Shown in pieces: positions 1 to 12,620 of a DNA stretch of 36,702 nucleotides (positions are counted from its first letter, which is position 1; each line of letters opens with the position of its first letter). A program made the position numbers and the translations under genes. The notes beneath the pieces are model-generated. The model worked only from the letters and a program-made list of their open reading frames with translations, did not search any database and had not been told where the DNA came from. This DNA comes from Macrostomum lignano (Eukaryota), in NCBI GenBank assembly GCA_002269645.1, contig NIVC01002030.1:174210-210911 (forward strand). The letters are read 5' to 3'.

Positions 1-1055
1 TCACACGACATCTCCATTAGTAATTCATATATGCTTTACTATGCTATACTTTGTTCGGCATGACTGCCCTACCGATAAGGCGGAAAACTCTCAGTCCTGC
101 TGGGGTTGGTTCGATTCGAATTAATCAGAATTTTCTCTGCCTTATTTATGGCTTTTCGATGCAGAACGCACTGGTGAGCCGCCAAGAATGAATCTCTCAG
201 GAGAAGGAAGAGCGCATTTATAAATATGTTTCGCGTTAAGGGTAAACGAGCTGATATACATAAGTGCAGCCATTCAAATCGCCTGAACTTCCACATTTAG
301 CACTTTTCGCAGCCAATTCAAAGACTTGCTGCTTTGCTGTCTGTATATCTGTCGCATGCGCGAAATATAATTTTAGTTAGCAATTGTGCATTAGCTGGTC
401 GCATGGCATGCGTTGCCTCGGTGCCTGTTCCTGCCTTAATAACAGAGCCGCAGACACGGAAATGAGAGCTACACTGCTGCTATCGCTGCGCACAGGCACA
501 TGCTACACACACATACACACACTGATACACAGGCTGCCACGTACCGCTCTACGAAAGATAACCAAGCACTCGTAGGCTTGTGCATGGCGGCTCGATGCGT
601 TCGGTTTAGCTGAGCTCGCCGAATCTCAACTGACCGAAGGATCGAGTTGAATCGAGAGAGAGAGAAAGAGAGATCAGAGTGCGCGGGTGGGGACTGTGGA
701 ATTAAATTTATGTCAGGGAATGACTATTTTTTTCAATGCGAATTTCGCAATTTCAGTAAACTATGGAACCGCAGCTACATGACTGGCATGCATGAGTTCA
801 GTTGCTTGTTATCTCAAAATTGTTGAGCTTTGCGTAAGCATACTCACAGTGCGTTGTAGAGGAAAACAAACCAAATTTACCAAGCACATCTGGAGCGATT
901 TTTGCTGACTAGAACTTTTTGTATGTACTAGCACGATTAGGACATGCTGGTGTCTCCTGACTCCTAATATCCATGCGATTCAGAATGAGTCAGCTGAGCT
1001 CAGTCACAGGTTTCTCACCAAAATTGTGAAAATCAGGATTGGATCCTGGCTCTTT

Positions 1056-2080
1056 CTGTGTCAGATTCTGTGAAGCTATATCAGATACTGCCAACCCCTG
1101 TGTCAGATGCTGTCAAACTATGTCAAGTAGACACTGCCAAGTGCCAACCCTGTGTCAGATGCTGTCAAACTATGTCAGATACTGCCAACCCCTGTGTCAG
1201 ATGCTGTCAAGCTATGTCAGATACTGCCAACCCCTGTGTCAGATGCTGTCGTCATGTGTCAGATGCTGTCAAACTATGTCAGGTACTGCCAACCCCTGTG
1301 TCAGATGCTGTCAAACTATGTCAGATACTGCCAACCCCTGTGTCAGATGCTGTCAAACTATGTCAGATACTGCCAACCCCTGTGTCAGATGCTGTCGTCA
1401 TGTGTCAGATGCTGTCAAACTATGTCAGATACTGCCAACCCCTGTGTCAGATGCTGTCGTCATGTGTCAGATGCTGTCAAACTATGTCAGGTACTGCCAA
1501 CCCCTGTGTCAGATGCTGTCAAACTATGTCAGATACTGCCAACCCTGTGTCAGATGCTGTCGTCATGTGTCAGATGCTGTCAAACTATGTCAGATACTGC
1601 CAACCCCTGTGTCAGATGCTGTCAAACTATGTCAGATACTGCCAACCCCTGTGTCAGATGCCGTCGCCATGTGTCAGATGCTGTCAAGCTATGTCAGATA
1701 CTGCCAACCCTGTGTCAGATGCTGTCGTCATGTGTCAGATGCTGTCAAACTATGTCAGATACTGCCAACCCCTGTGTCAGATGCTGTCGTCATGTGTCAG
1801 ATGCTGTCAAACTATGTCAGGTACTGCCAACCCCTGTGTCAGATGCTGTCAAACTATGTCAGATACTGCCAACCCCTGTGTCAGATGCTGTCGTCATGTG
1901 TCAGATGCTGTCAAACTATGTCAGATACTGCCAACCCCTGTGTCAGATGCTGTCGTCATGTGTCAGATGCTGTCAAACTGTCAGGTACTGCCAACCCCTG
2001 TGTCAGATGCTGTCAAACTATGTCAGATACTGCCAACCCCTGTGTCAGATGCCGTCGCCATGTGTCAGCTGCTGTCGCTC
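1056..2080. repeat. Minisatellite of ~20-22-bp subunits (TGTGTCAGATGCTGTCAAAC / TATGTCAGATACTGCCAACCCC / TGTGTCAGATGCTGTCGTCA) combined into 42- and 62-bp higher-order units
   Basis: Directly visible tandem repeat; explains the three overlapping Cys-rich repetitive ORFs (1039-2126). Confidence 0.97.
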
Positions 2081-5000
2081 TCTATCTAAAAGTTCTGGCG
2101 CTATCCTAGCTAGCCTAAAAGTTTAAATTTCTAAAAAAACAAGCTGGACATTCCCTGATGCAACCAAAATATAACTCTTGGATAGTACTGAGCTTGACTG
2201 CACTCGGGTTTCGGGACAGTGGGTCCAGTAAAAAGTTTATGAGCCGGCGGCTTGCCTTCTTTGATCCCAGCCCAGCACTAGGAGCAGGAGGGGAAATTCC
2301 CAACGTTCGTCGTGCGCATGATAAAATCGGATCGCTAAATAGCCCCCCGCCACAGATGGTGGGATAAATGCACCGGGAGATTCCGGAGATTTAGACAACA
2401 CGTTGTTAAGTAGTCCTTGGATTTAGATTGGTAGATTCAGCATGGAGTCTGCGCCGGACCATTGGTAAAATCTGAACAAAAAGTGACGAAAATGTGACAT
2501 TTTTTGTTGATTCCCTTGCAGTCACCATGGTGATCTGACAATGACCAGAAAAAATGATTAGGCTTTCAGTTGTTGCAATGCCAAATAAATGATACCTTAT
2601 ATTATATTGCTCCGTGACCTTTTTGCAAATAGCATTTTGCAAATCGGCGACCATCTTGGCTAGTTTGGTTATTCAATAGTTGAATAGTCTATGGTCATAA
2701 GTTGGAGCTTCGACCCACACCCAATTCCGGCCCAAATGTCTATGGTACAATACCAGTAATACAACTGACGGCGCCTGGAACTAGACCCAATCACGTGGGT
2801 GGAGGTCTCTCACGTGCTTCACTTGCGGAGGGAAGTATGCGTGTGCATTGCCAGTCCAAAAGAAACACTATTAGACACAGTGTTAGCCATGAATTTTATA
2901 TTTGGGTTCAAATGGAATACCGTCCATGATATCCACTGGCTTTAGAGAGGCTTGGCTGAGTCATGTGACATGCTAGACAAGGCCAGACGCGCATTGTCGG
3001 TCCCGTGCTCAGCGCTCCACTCCTCTTTCTTTTTCCTCGCATGAGTCACTCACTCACTCGCTTTCCTCTCAAGCCTGGGCTGAACTCGCGCGCACACTTA
3101 GCATGCCGGGGGGGGGGTTGCCACAGCCTGCCCAGAGCTCTCTTTTCCAAGTCCTATAATAGCTGAGCAAGGATGGGGCGTGCGTGCGGTCCACCCACCA
3201 ACCCTCCCTGCCCCCAGGGGAGTCTGAGCTCAGAGCGCAACCCTGGAGCGCAAGATGACTCAACGGCGTACAGTCTGAAAGAATTGCCTGTAACAGTCTC
3301 CTTACTATCCTTGCAATAGCGCTTAAAATGTGAATTTTTCAATCAATATCAAATAAACAATGAGGAGCAAATCAATACAGCATGAAGTCAATAGTCAATG
3401 CTTGGGGCCTAGCAGCCGACTTAAATAAGCTTCAGTCGGATACATACAAAAATTTCTGGCTGATCTTCCTTTCCATTTTCCTGAATTTCCTGAATAGGTC
3501 GCATTAGTCAACAAAGCGCCATCCAGCATGACTCATCTGAAACACACTGAGGCAGCAGCTAGCTATGTGAAAATCCTTCTCTCGCTAAACAAAGACCGAA
3601 TAGCTTAGCTATCCACGATTAATGCAGGTTTTTGGCTCCAAACATGAACAGACAGGAAATTGTAAGAATTTAGTTTTGTCTTGGCTCGGGACTCGATTAA
3701 GTATATTAATATGTATTTAGCACGGCCGAGAGAGGGGAGCGAAGTCTGCGAAGAGACGGGGAGCAAGTTAAATTATCGTTAAAAAATGATGACAAAAATC
3801 GAACTAAATGAATTGGAAAAATTGCGCGATTAATTTAAGAGAAATTACACAAGCTGTGCAAGAAGACGGAGAATGAATAGAGCAAAACACAACACCAATT
3901 AGCGTGCTCGGGTGTTTAACTTAATACAAAAATCAGTATTTGAGGTTGTCCGCGGAAAAATTCTGGGGCTTTGACTTTTCCAAATGAATGGTAAATCTCT
4001 TGATAACAAGTGCAAAAATAGCCTTGAATGATGATATGACAAAGTTCTGATTCGGAATTCTCAATACTCATCAGCCGGTGTCGGAAACACACGTCGCTAG
4101 CGAATCACAAGACCGCTTCCAAAATGTGGGAGACCTTGCCGAGTCATGACCTCACAGGAGGTGCTGCACAGCTCACTAATTCATAATTCGGATTCAATAA
4201 TTCAATGTTTCCATGTCTCGGCTCGGTCTCCTCCACATTTAGGAACCTCTAGCTTTGCACCTGAGTGAGCAGTGTTTAGAAAATATAGCAGACGAGTGTT
4301 CTCAGACGCACAGATATACTCCAAGCATAGTGGGAGATATGATATAGGGCGGATATTTATAAATCTATTGTCACGCAGAGGGGGGAGATGCAGAATTGTT
4401 ATCGCGGATTAGAACTTCTGGTCAGAGCAATTTGCTATATGAAGTATGAATAAATGAAATATAATATAGAGTCCATAGTCCATACCGATATTAGCAGCAT
4501 CAATCCAGCAGTAAAAATGTACACGGAGCAGGTGAGGGCACCATTTTCAAACGATCGCAACAGGTGGTGTTAAATTTGAAAAAAAACGATAGCATTGGTT
4601 TTGCAGGCGAAAGTGCAAATATCGAACAGCGATGCAGACACAAAAACTCGATGTCACACCCGCACAAAGATATTCAAAGATATTGCCTATGTTAGCAAAA
4701 ATAGTCGACACTAAGCTGGAACAGTGGATTAAAATAATTTATCATAGCGGCTAGATTCCATCAAACTATATAAAATGGGAGGGCATATCTCAAACAGCGA
4801 ATTTCTGAGGGGGGGGGGCGATTTGCGGGTACTCGAATTAAATGATTTTAGTGCCATCAGCTGAGTAAAATGCACTGCAGTTGTTGTGCTTGGATTTGCA
4901 GCCATATAAAGCAATAGAAAAATACCTAAACTATATGCTGGATCTCTCGACGTGAAAAGCTATCTAGATATAAAAGTACGCACAAAATCTCGTTAAAAAT

Positions 5001-6606
5001 TGTCAGTTAAAGCGGACAGTCCCGTCTTCAGCTAGGAGCGCACAGTGCAAACATCTTTGTCGATGAAAATTGTTGACTAATAAAATTAGGATTAAAATAG
5101 ATTCAATGGGAAAACCAACTATTAGGAGAGCTGCGATTGAGAAGCGTCAGTTAGAAAAATAGAGAATGCGGATGCCAGGCCGTTCGGACAAAATTGCAAA
5201 TTCGCACAGCTAAATGCCTGCCTAATTGACAAACGGAAAGGAAAACTGCTCTGATTTATAGTTGCTTTTGTTTAGGGTTTTTTTAGAAAAAAAGCTATCG
5301 GTGAATAAACGCAGGCAGCGGTTAGAAAATCTGACCGAAGTACAAAAAGATCGGCAGTGGCAGCGTCATTGAAGTTCGCGTTTAAGTCTCTAGCAAAAAA
5401 TAAACCAAGCAGTGGCCATCCATTGCGACAAGCTGAGTAAAAAATAGGAGTTAAAAATATTGAACGAATTTGAGAGCCGCGAATTGAAAATGTGGGGTGA
5501 GGGGCACTTGTTAAAGCCGCTGAAATGAGTTGATGGATAGCACGGACAGATGGTAGAACCGGTAAATTTGTTTAAAAAATTTCATCTAAAAACTGTTTCT
5601 AAAAAGTGTTTAAAACTGACGTAAATCGAGGATCCAATTTGCGGGGTTTCAATACATTAGCAGGCAGATAACTATGGTAGAAAATTCGCTGATTTGTAAC
5701 AGATTTGCAGCAAGAATATCCGAAGGGAGCAGCGGACAGTCACCGAGCTTGGATCAGCTAATTTATAAACGCAGAGTCATAATAGTTGAAAAATGAATTC
5801 GGACATCATTATGTACAGTGCGCAACGCCTACAGTCAGACTGCATTGGAATTAACAGTGACAATTGTGAGAGCATTATCGCAATTATGGTTGACTTTCTG
5901 TGGACTTGTAAACATTTATACATTGATGATATAGATTAGCCAATTGATTAATTCCCGCAAATGCATCCAGTCCTACTGCATCTATACAGAGATAAAATAT
6001 ATGTATATAATATAGTATATATATTCGACATAGTATATATATATGTATAACGTAAAACGCAAAATTGCTAATGATATTTAACTTAGTGGCGAGGTACTAC
6101 GAAAATACGAGCATTTCAAGTAGCAAATAGACCTTTGTGAGGCGCCTTGAAATACTGTACCAATAGATAAATATATTTATATGCAGAAATAGACTATAAT
6201 ATAGGAATTTGATAGGCTATCTCCGCTTTAAAGCAAAATATTAATAAAAAACTTTCATAGCAAATGATAGATTTGTAATTAAAAAAAGAGAAATTTCAAA
6301 AAAACGCGCGCCGACCTTATAGTAGGAAAATAGAAAATAGAGAAGCAATGAACTTTGCGTCAGTGCAAAATATAGCAAACAGAAGTTTGAGAACTGGCAG
6401 GCTGTGCGATAAAATACAACATTCGCTGTCGCTGCAGACATTTAATAAAACATCGAGTGAATTCTCCGCTTTGGAGGGGGAACGCATTTCGGGCATTGTT
6501 AATATACAACTATTAATAGAAAGATTAATATATGAGCAGACGCGCTCAGTGCATGCATACCGGTGACCTCAAACAAACTCATCCGGTGAGTTTCGGAGCG
6601 ATATTC

Positions 6607-7488
6607 TCACATCCAGCCTGGCCCGGGTCGGAAGCCGCTGGCAGCGACAGCACCGGCAACGGGCGGCTGCGGTGACACCTGCTCATCGCTGCGCGACTTC
6701 GTCATGGCGCTGGCGGCAGCGCCCGCACCGACCGTGCCGGGGGCCGCCGAGCCGGCGTGCTGCGCGTCGGCCGAGAAGCGTCGATCCCCGGTGACCAGGC
6801 AGCTGGGCCCGCCGCTGTACATCATTGGATTCCAGACGCCAGTCTGCATGTAACGACGCGGCGACTCCTGGCCGGAAGAGCCGGCGGAACTGGTTGGAGC
6901 GCTGGCACGAGCGGCGGCCGAGCCCCAGAGGTCGTCCATCTCGCTGATCAGCTGTTTCACGCTGGCCGGGTTGTGGTCTCCGTCAGCCGCGCCAACCAAC
7001 GGGCGACCGGCAGCGGCCGCGGCAGATCGGCCGAGCACAGGCGTGTTGCTTGCCGGCGGGCTGCCCTGCGCTGTACGGCGCTGGTTGTCCTCAACCTGAC
7101 GCCGCTGGTGAAAGTCACGCACCAGCTTGGAAGCCTCGGCAGACGGCTCCAAGTCCGGGTCGAGCCAGAGGCCCTGGCAGCGCAGCGTCACGTACTCGCA
7201 GATGAGCTGCTTGGCGAACTTGACCTTGTCGGGCGTGCCGCAGATGGTGAAGTAGGTCTGAGGCGGCGGTAGGCCGGGGATCGATTCCTGCTTGCGCGGC
7301 GTGGCGATGTGCGTGTCCGACAGCTGCTGCACCCAGCGAATGGTCTGGCCGGAGGCGCCCACAATGAGGCCCACTTTGTCCTGCTCGACGTACAGTCGAT
7401 CCTCGATGCGGTTGGGCTCCACACGGTGGAGTCGCTCCTGCTGCACCTTGGTGAAGTGCTCGCTCATCTGCAGGATGATGCGCTTGGC
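6607..7488 (-). CDS. MEX3: MEX3, coding exon 3 of 3 (end of KH1, KH2, low-complexity tail)
   Basis: tgcag|GCC AAG CGC.. gives AKRIILQMSEHFTKV (cf. ARREIxSAAEHFS) then KH2 VGLIVGASGQTIRWVQQLSDTHIATP; TGA at 6607-6609. Confidence 0.92.
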   Translation of the reverse strand, partial: AKRIILQMSEHFTKVQQERLHRVEPNRIEDRLYVEQDKVGLIVGASGQTIRWVQQLSDTHIATPRKQESIPGLPPPQTYFTICGTPDKVKFAKQLICEYVTLRCQGLWLDPDLEPSAEASKLVRDFHQRRQVEDNQRRTAQGSPPASNTPVLGRSAAAAAGRPLVGAADGDHNPASVKQLISEMDDLWGSAAARASAPTSSAGSSGQESPRRYMQTGVWNPMMYSGGPSCLVTGDRRFSADAQHAGSAAPGTVGAGAAASAMTKSRSDEQVSPQPPVAGAVAASGFRPGPGWM

Positions 7489-7864
7489 CTGCATTTATGA
7501 GTGAAGAGAGTGGAGTTCAGTGAATCATTGGAATAAGAGTTTAGCATATCAATAACATTACATAGAGTCTGAGATGTTATGCAGTCAAATGGGAAGGTAT
7601 ATACGTGAGTCAGATTGTCAAAACTGGTAAAATATTTTATTATTTATGTAACTATACATCAAGTCTACAAAATCTTATTTGGTGAACAAATTCCTAATAG
7701 TGTAAGAATGGTCGCAACTGGAAGCTGCATGTTTTTTTTTCATACCGGGGCACGGAGAATAACAATGTTGGGGGTCTCTCGTTTTAGCAGTGCGGCCTAA
7801 AACACAATTTAAGTGTACATTAACGCGATCAGTTTTTGGCATACTAAAAAGATTTTATACTCAC

Positions 7865-7974
7865 CTCTGCTAGTTTCTCAGGTAGGCCCGTCACCTCAAA
7901 GATGGGCGGCTCATCCCGCGAAGGCGTCTTCACCCACACCTTGAGCTGCTCGCGCAACTGCTTGATCCGCTGAC
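7865..7974 (-). CDS. MEX3: MEX3, coding exon 2 of 3 (KH1 core)
   Basis: ctgcag|GT CAG CGG ATC.. encodes (G)QRIKQLREQLKVWVKTPSRDEPPIFEVTGLPEKLAE, homologous to [30 protein letters not shown]; donor GTGAGT at 7864; phases 1/0 are consistent. Confidence 0.92.
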
Positions 7975-8440
7975 CTGCAGGTTTTACGAACAGGCGGGGA
8001 TAAAAAAGGGTTGCGATAATGTACGAGCGTACACAGTATGTGCTGTGTGCGTGCTGCCTATGTCTAGTGCTTACTTGAGCATTTCGCTGAGCTGGCACTT
8101 GTGGTTTTACTTAGAGTCGGCGAGAGCTATTGAGCTTTCATTTCATTATCATCAATAAATTTGCAACACGCCTTGTATAGATTACTGCTAGTTTAGAAAA
8201 CACGATAAAGATTCTATTGTACTTACTGTATATTATACATATATAGTAGCTGCATCATGAGCCTAGACAAAACGAAAACGTAAAATTTATACTTGACAAT
8301 CGCTAAATAATGCATTAGACTCAAACTGCCAACTGCCTCCTCAAAAAGCTCAGATTCAAAGCTCGTTCAAGGAATTGTTTTCATTGCAAAAATGGATGCA
8401 AAAATAAGGCAGTAGAGACTGGAAAAAGAACTTCACTCAC

Positions 8441-9092
8441 CATTTTTGCCAACTATTTCGGCCACGTGATCAGAAGAGGGCACCTGAATTCTCTCGGTGA
8501 TCGTCATATAGCGCTTCTCCTGGTTAGCCAGCGGATCCGGCAGCACGCCCTGCAGAATGTCCAGCGTCTGCTTCTTCTGCGAAATCTTCTGCTGCAGCGA
8601 TTCGAAATCCGTCGCGCCATATTGCACCGGCTTGGCAGGCGCAATCATTCCCGGATAGTTGCAGTTCATCTGGCTGAACTGCTGAGTGTTGCCACTAAGT
8701 GGGTTAAAAGCGTAGTTCATGTCAGCGGAGCCAGGATAGGCACCCGTACTGTTGCGGTTGCTCTGGTACTGAGAAGCATTTCCAGCGGCGTACATTTGAT
8801 CTTCGAGTTTTACGTTCTCGTACATGCCAGCGTGTCCGTGACCATTTTGATCAGCGCCAGCTAGAGCCATTGCCGAGGGTGAATTTTGACTGGCCTGCAT
8901 GTATGGTATGATGTTGTCAAGGTCTAGGTTTAGACCATGAAAATCTACGCCAGAAAAGGCAGATAGATAATCCGAGAAGGCAAGCTGATTCTTAGTGCTG
9001 TCCGCAGATAGCATTGCTGATGGATGACTGAAAGCGGCAGAATCCGAAAAAGGGACGGATTGAATCTGACTATCTCCAATTGATTCACTCAT
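8441..9092 (-). CDS. MEX3: MEX3-family KH RNA-binding protein, coding exon 1 of 3 (join complement 8441-9092, 7865-7974, 6607-7488; ~547 aa)
   Basis: Ends ..ITERIQVPSSDHVAEIVGKNG, matching the MEX-3 KH1 start (VPxSEHVAEIVGxxG); donor G|GTGAGT at 8440, phase 1. Confidence 0.92.
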
Positions 9093-9190
9093 TGTGTGTT
9101 TCGCTAAATTAAGTGAATAATGACAGCACTACGAAGCCGAATAGATGAGGGTCGCCGGGCATGCTAAGTAACGTAGCACGTTGAATCACT

Positions 9191-9200
9191 TCTTATATAA
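9191..9200 (-). promoter_or_regulatory. Possible TATA box for MEX3
   Basis: TTATATAAGA on the minus strand ~100 bp upstream of the MEX3 ATG; position only, no TSS data. Confidence 0.3.
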
Positions 9201-10610
9201 CCGCGCTTTTCTACCACGTAGACAAACAAATTTTTAGATTAAAAACTAAAATAAAAGAATAGAGTAAGACTGTTTTTGCAATATATTCGATTTATTTCTT
9301 AAAAGTGTAGTCGTGGTAAGTAAAATATGAAAATGGAAGCTTTGATTAATATGTTTTAAATATTTTGTGACTGCTTTGGACGTGCCTTGGAATGGCTTGG
9401 ATATCCTAAACTAAACTGGCGTCGCGTTCTTTTGGTTTGGCTTTCATTTCCACTTTTTTACAGTTGAAGATTTATTCTTTACATATAATCTAATATATTT
9501 CTAGGCGAAGTTTTATACCTAAGGGTAATCTAACATATCAGCAATATACATTTATAAAGACCTCAGTAAAGCAAGATCAAGGCAATTTATAATAAGTGCA
9601 ATTTAATTAAAAAATAACATATATTTAGAGCTGCTAATTTTCTCCATGAATATTTTAAAAAATTTCTTGTTACAATTTTAAAGACATGCAAAATACATTG
9701 CTTTTTATAATCTAGATATGCTGTTTAGCATCAAGGAGCTAAATATTTATTAAAAGGAATTTTATAAGTAAATTAATTCAGAAGCACAATATAATAAATG
9801 AGTAGTCACTTTATTCAGTAAATTTAATTAAATTCAGCAACTTCATTAAAATTTATCTTCAATAATTAGTTATTTATAGGTTAGGTAGCTGCAAAATTAA
9901 TATAAACATTCAATTTTTTAATATTATAATCAGTAGGCTATACATAAAAATACAAAAATTTAAAACCCTTTGAATGCTAATTTCCAAAAGTATACCTTTG
10001 GTATTTTAAGAATCAAGGTTTTAGTGCTACTTTTAAGCATAATAGGCCTAGTAAAATTTAAAATGCTAATTTCATGCTGATCTTCCCCTATCTACAAGTG
10101 CATTTTTAATATTAAAATGAACTTTGTTGGCAATAAATTGTCAAAATTAATAAAACATTTTGAGTGAAAAAAAAATTAATTAATATTTAGGCATTTTTCG
10201 ACTTCTATAAATTTGATTAAAGGCTTTTTAAAATTAGAAATACAAAAACAGTTTCCCCACCAGTTCTATACATATCTTAACATAGTAAGTATCAATAAAA
10301 CTACTAAGAATTTTGTTGCGCTAATTTTTGTTGATCATAGAATTAAATGCTACAAGTATATCAAATCAAATATAACATTGTTGTTAATAACAGTTGGCAA
10401 TACAAAATCGAATACATACAATATTAAATTGAATAAACTTGCAATATGATTTACTTAAATTAAATATTAAACTTTAATCAGTAAGGCACATATTACTTGG
10501 CCTTTTTAAAAACATTTAAATAAAAGCAAAAAAATTAATGAACTTTTAGCTGAGTAATGCCCTCTAAGCTTTAATAAGCACAATAAAATGTCAATATAAT
10601 AGAAAAGTGA

Positions 10611-10840
10611 GTGATGTCCTGTTAGACACAGTTCAGAGTGACACCCTGTTAGACACTTGGATACAGGTAAAGTGACGCCCTGTTAGACACTTGGATAGGG
10701 GTAAAGTGACGCCCTGTTAGACACTTGGATAGGGGTAAAGTGACGCCCTGTTAGACACTTGGATAGGGGTAAAGTGACGCCCTGTTAGACACTTGGATAG
10801 GGGTAAAGTGACGCCCTGTTAGACACTTGGATACGGGTAA
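10611..10840. repeat. 34-bp minisatellite (GTGACGCCCTGTTAGACACTTGGATAGGGGTAAA) x ~7
   Basis: Unit starts at 10638, 10672, 10706, 10740, 10774, 10808, plus a degenerate first copy at 10611. Confidence 0.97.
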
Positions 10841-10854
10841 TATGTATATGATCT

Positions 10855-11185
10855 TGATCTTGAGTTGTGGAGTGACGCCCTGATCTTGAACCAGTTGTGG
10901 AGTGACGCCCTGATCTTGAACCAGTTGTGGAGTGACGCCCCGACCTTGAACCAGTTGTGGAGTGACGCCCCGATCTTGAACCAGTTGTGGAGTGACGCCC
11001 TGATCTTGAACCAGTTGTGGAGTGACGCCCTGATCTTGAACCAGTTGTGGAGTGACGCCCTGATCTTGAACCAGTTGTGGAGTGACGCCCTGATCTTGAA
11101 CCAGTTGTGGAGTGACGCCCTGATCTTGAACCAGTTGTGGAGTGACGCCCTGATCTTGAACCAGTTGTGGAGTGACGCCCGGAGT
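10855..11185. repeat. 30-bp minisatellite (GTGACGCCCTGATCTTGAACCAGTTGTGGA) x ~11
   Basis: GTGACGCCC recurs every 30 bp from 10872 to 11172. Confidence 0.97.
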
Positions 11186-11330
11186 TGTAGGGGATTCACT
11201 AGTTATAATCAGAAATACTGCAGCTTGGATACGCCGAACAGTTAAGCAGCGGAAACTCCTTGCATTTAACTTAAGAGTTCACTGTACACATGATCGATTT
11301 AATTGCAGCATTGCACTTCTAATCATCGGC

Positions 11331-11600
11331 ATGTCAGCCCCAGCAAACAATAGCGACCCAGCATCTGTGGCCAGCCAAATCGAGGCCCTGGTGTCGGCCG
11401 CGGTCGAGGACCTGCTGGCTGGCAGGCAGCCGACTTTGTCTAGGCGGCCTGACAGGGGAAGAGGCTCGGCTCGCGCCCGCGCCAGCGCCCTGGCCAAACG
11501 GGCCCGCCTGCTAGCGCTGGTGCAGTCGCTGGTGCTGTCCGGCTCTGTGGCTACCAAGCGCGATCTTTACTACTTAGATCCGCAGTTCTGGGGCTGCCAG
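11331..11600 (+). CDS. SPO11: SPO11 meiotic DSB transesterase (Topo VIA family), exon 1 of 2 (join 11331-11600, 12731-13471; 336 aa)
   Basis: Encodes the 5Y-CAP/WH motif ATKRDLYY with the catalytic Tyr; donor CAG|GTTGGT at 11601, phase 0. Confidence 0.93.
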
Positions 11601-11789
11601 GTTGGTCACTGGTATCTTTTGTTTTGCATTAGGCAGTATTAAAAGTTGCAGTTTGAACTTTGAAAGATTGTGAAGCTCCACCTTTGTACGACCAGAGACC
11701 GGCAGAGAGTGCACTTTTACTGTCAAGAGACTCTCTGACTCATCCGACCTGATTCAGAACCTGCTAACGTCGTTCAGAGATCCTTAAAC

Positions 11790-12620
11790 AGAAACCCAAC
11801 CGACACCACTCAGAAACCCACCAGCACTCCTGAGAAACCCACCGACACTCCTCAGAAACCCACTCGACACCACTCAGAAACCCACCGACACTCCTCAGAA
11901 ACCCACTCGACACAACTCAGAAACCCACCGACACTCCTCAGAAACCCACCCGACACCACCCAGAAACCCACCCGACACCACTCAGAAACCCACCCGACAA
12001 CACTCAGAAACCCACCCGACACCACTCAGAAACCCACCCGACAACACTCAGAAACCCACCCGACAACACTCAGAAACCCACCCGACACCACTCAGAAACC
12101 CACCCGACAACACTCAGAAACCCACCCGACAGGCCGACACCACTCAGAAACCCACCCGACAGGCCGACACCACTCAGAAACCCACCCGACAGGCCGACAC
12201 CACTCAGAAACCCACCCGACAACACTCAGAAACCCACCCGACAACACTCAGAAACCCACCCGACACCACTCAGAAACCCACCCGACACCACTCAGAAACC
12301 CACCCGACAACACTCAGAAACCCACCCGACACCACTCAGAAACCCACCCGACAACACTCAGAAACCCACCCGACACCACTCAGAAACCCACCCGACAACA
12401 CTCAGAAACCCACTCGACACCACTCAGAAACCCACCCGACAACACTCAGAAACCCACCCGACACAACTCAGAAACCCACCCGACAACAGTCAGAAACCCA
12501 CCCGACACAACTCAGAAACCCACCCGACACAACTCAGAAACCCACCCGACACCACTCAGAAACCCACCCGACACCACTCAGAAACCCACCCGACACCACT
12601 CAGAAATCCACCCGACACCC
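11790..12620. repeat. 22-bp C-rich minisatellite (CTCAGAAACCCACCCGACACCA) x ~37 in the SPO11 intron
   Basis: Direct tandem repeat, period 22 with CCA/ACA variants and three 30-bp variants. Confidence 0.97.

Noticed and set aside
1039-2126. Three 324-356-aa Cys-rich ORFs
   Set aside because: All three frames translate the same stop-free minisatellite; no unique domain.
3300-6600. Long MEX3 3' UTR or a hidden RING exon
   Set aside because: Plausibly UTR, but no clear minus-strand poly(A) signal or RING-like Cys/His pattern was found by eye.
6757-8864. Plus-strand and alternate-frame ORFs overlapping MEX3
   Set aside because: Shadow ORFs of GC-rich coding exons.
10819-11330. Repeat ORFs and an in-frame GTG-initiated N-terminal extension of SPO11 (11172)
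   Set aside because: Derived from the 30-bp array; each unit has TGA in this frame and the extension is not homologous to SPO11.
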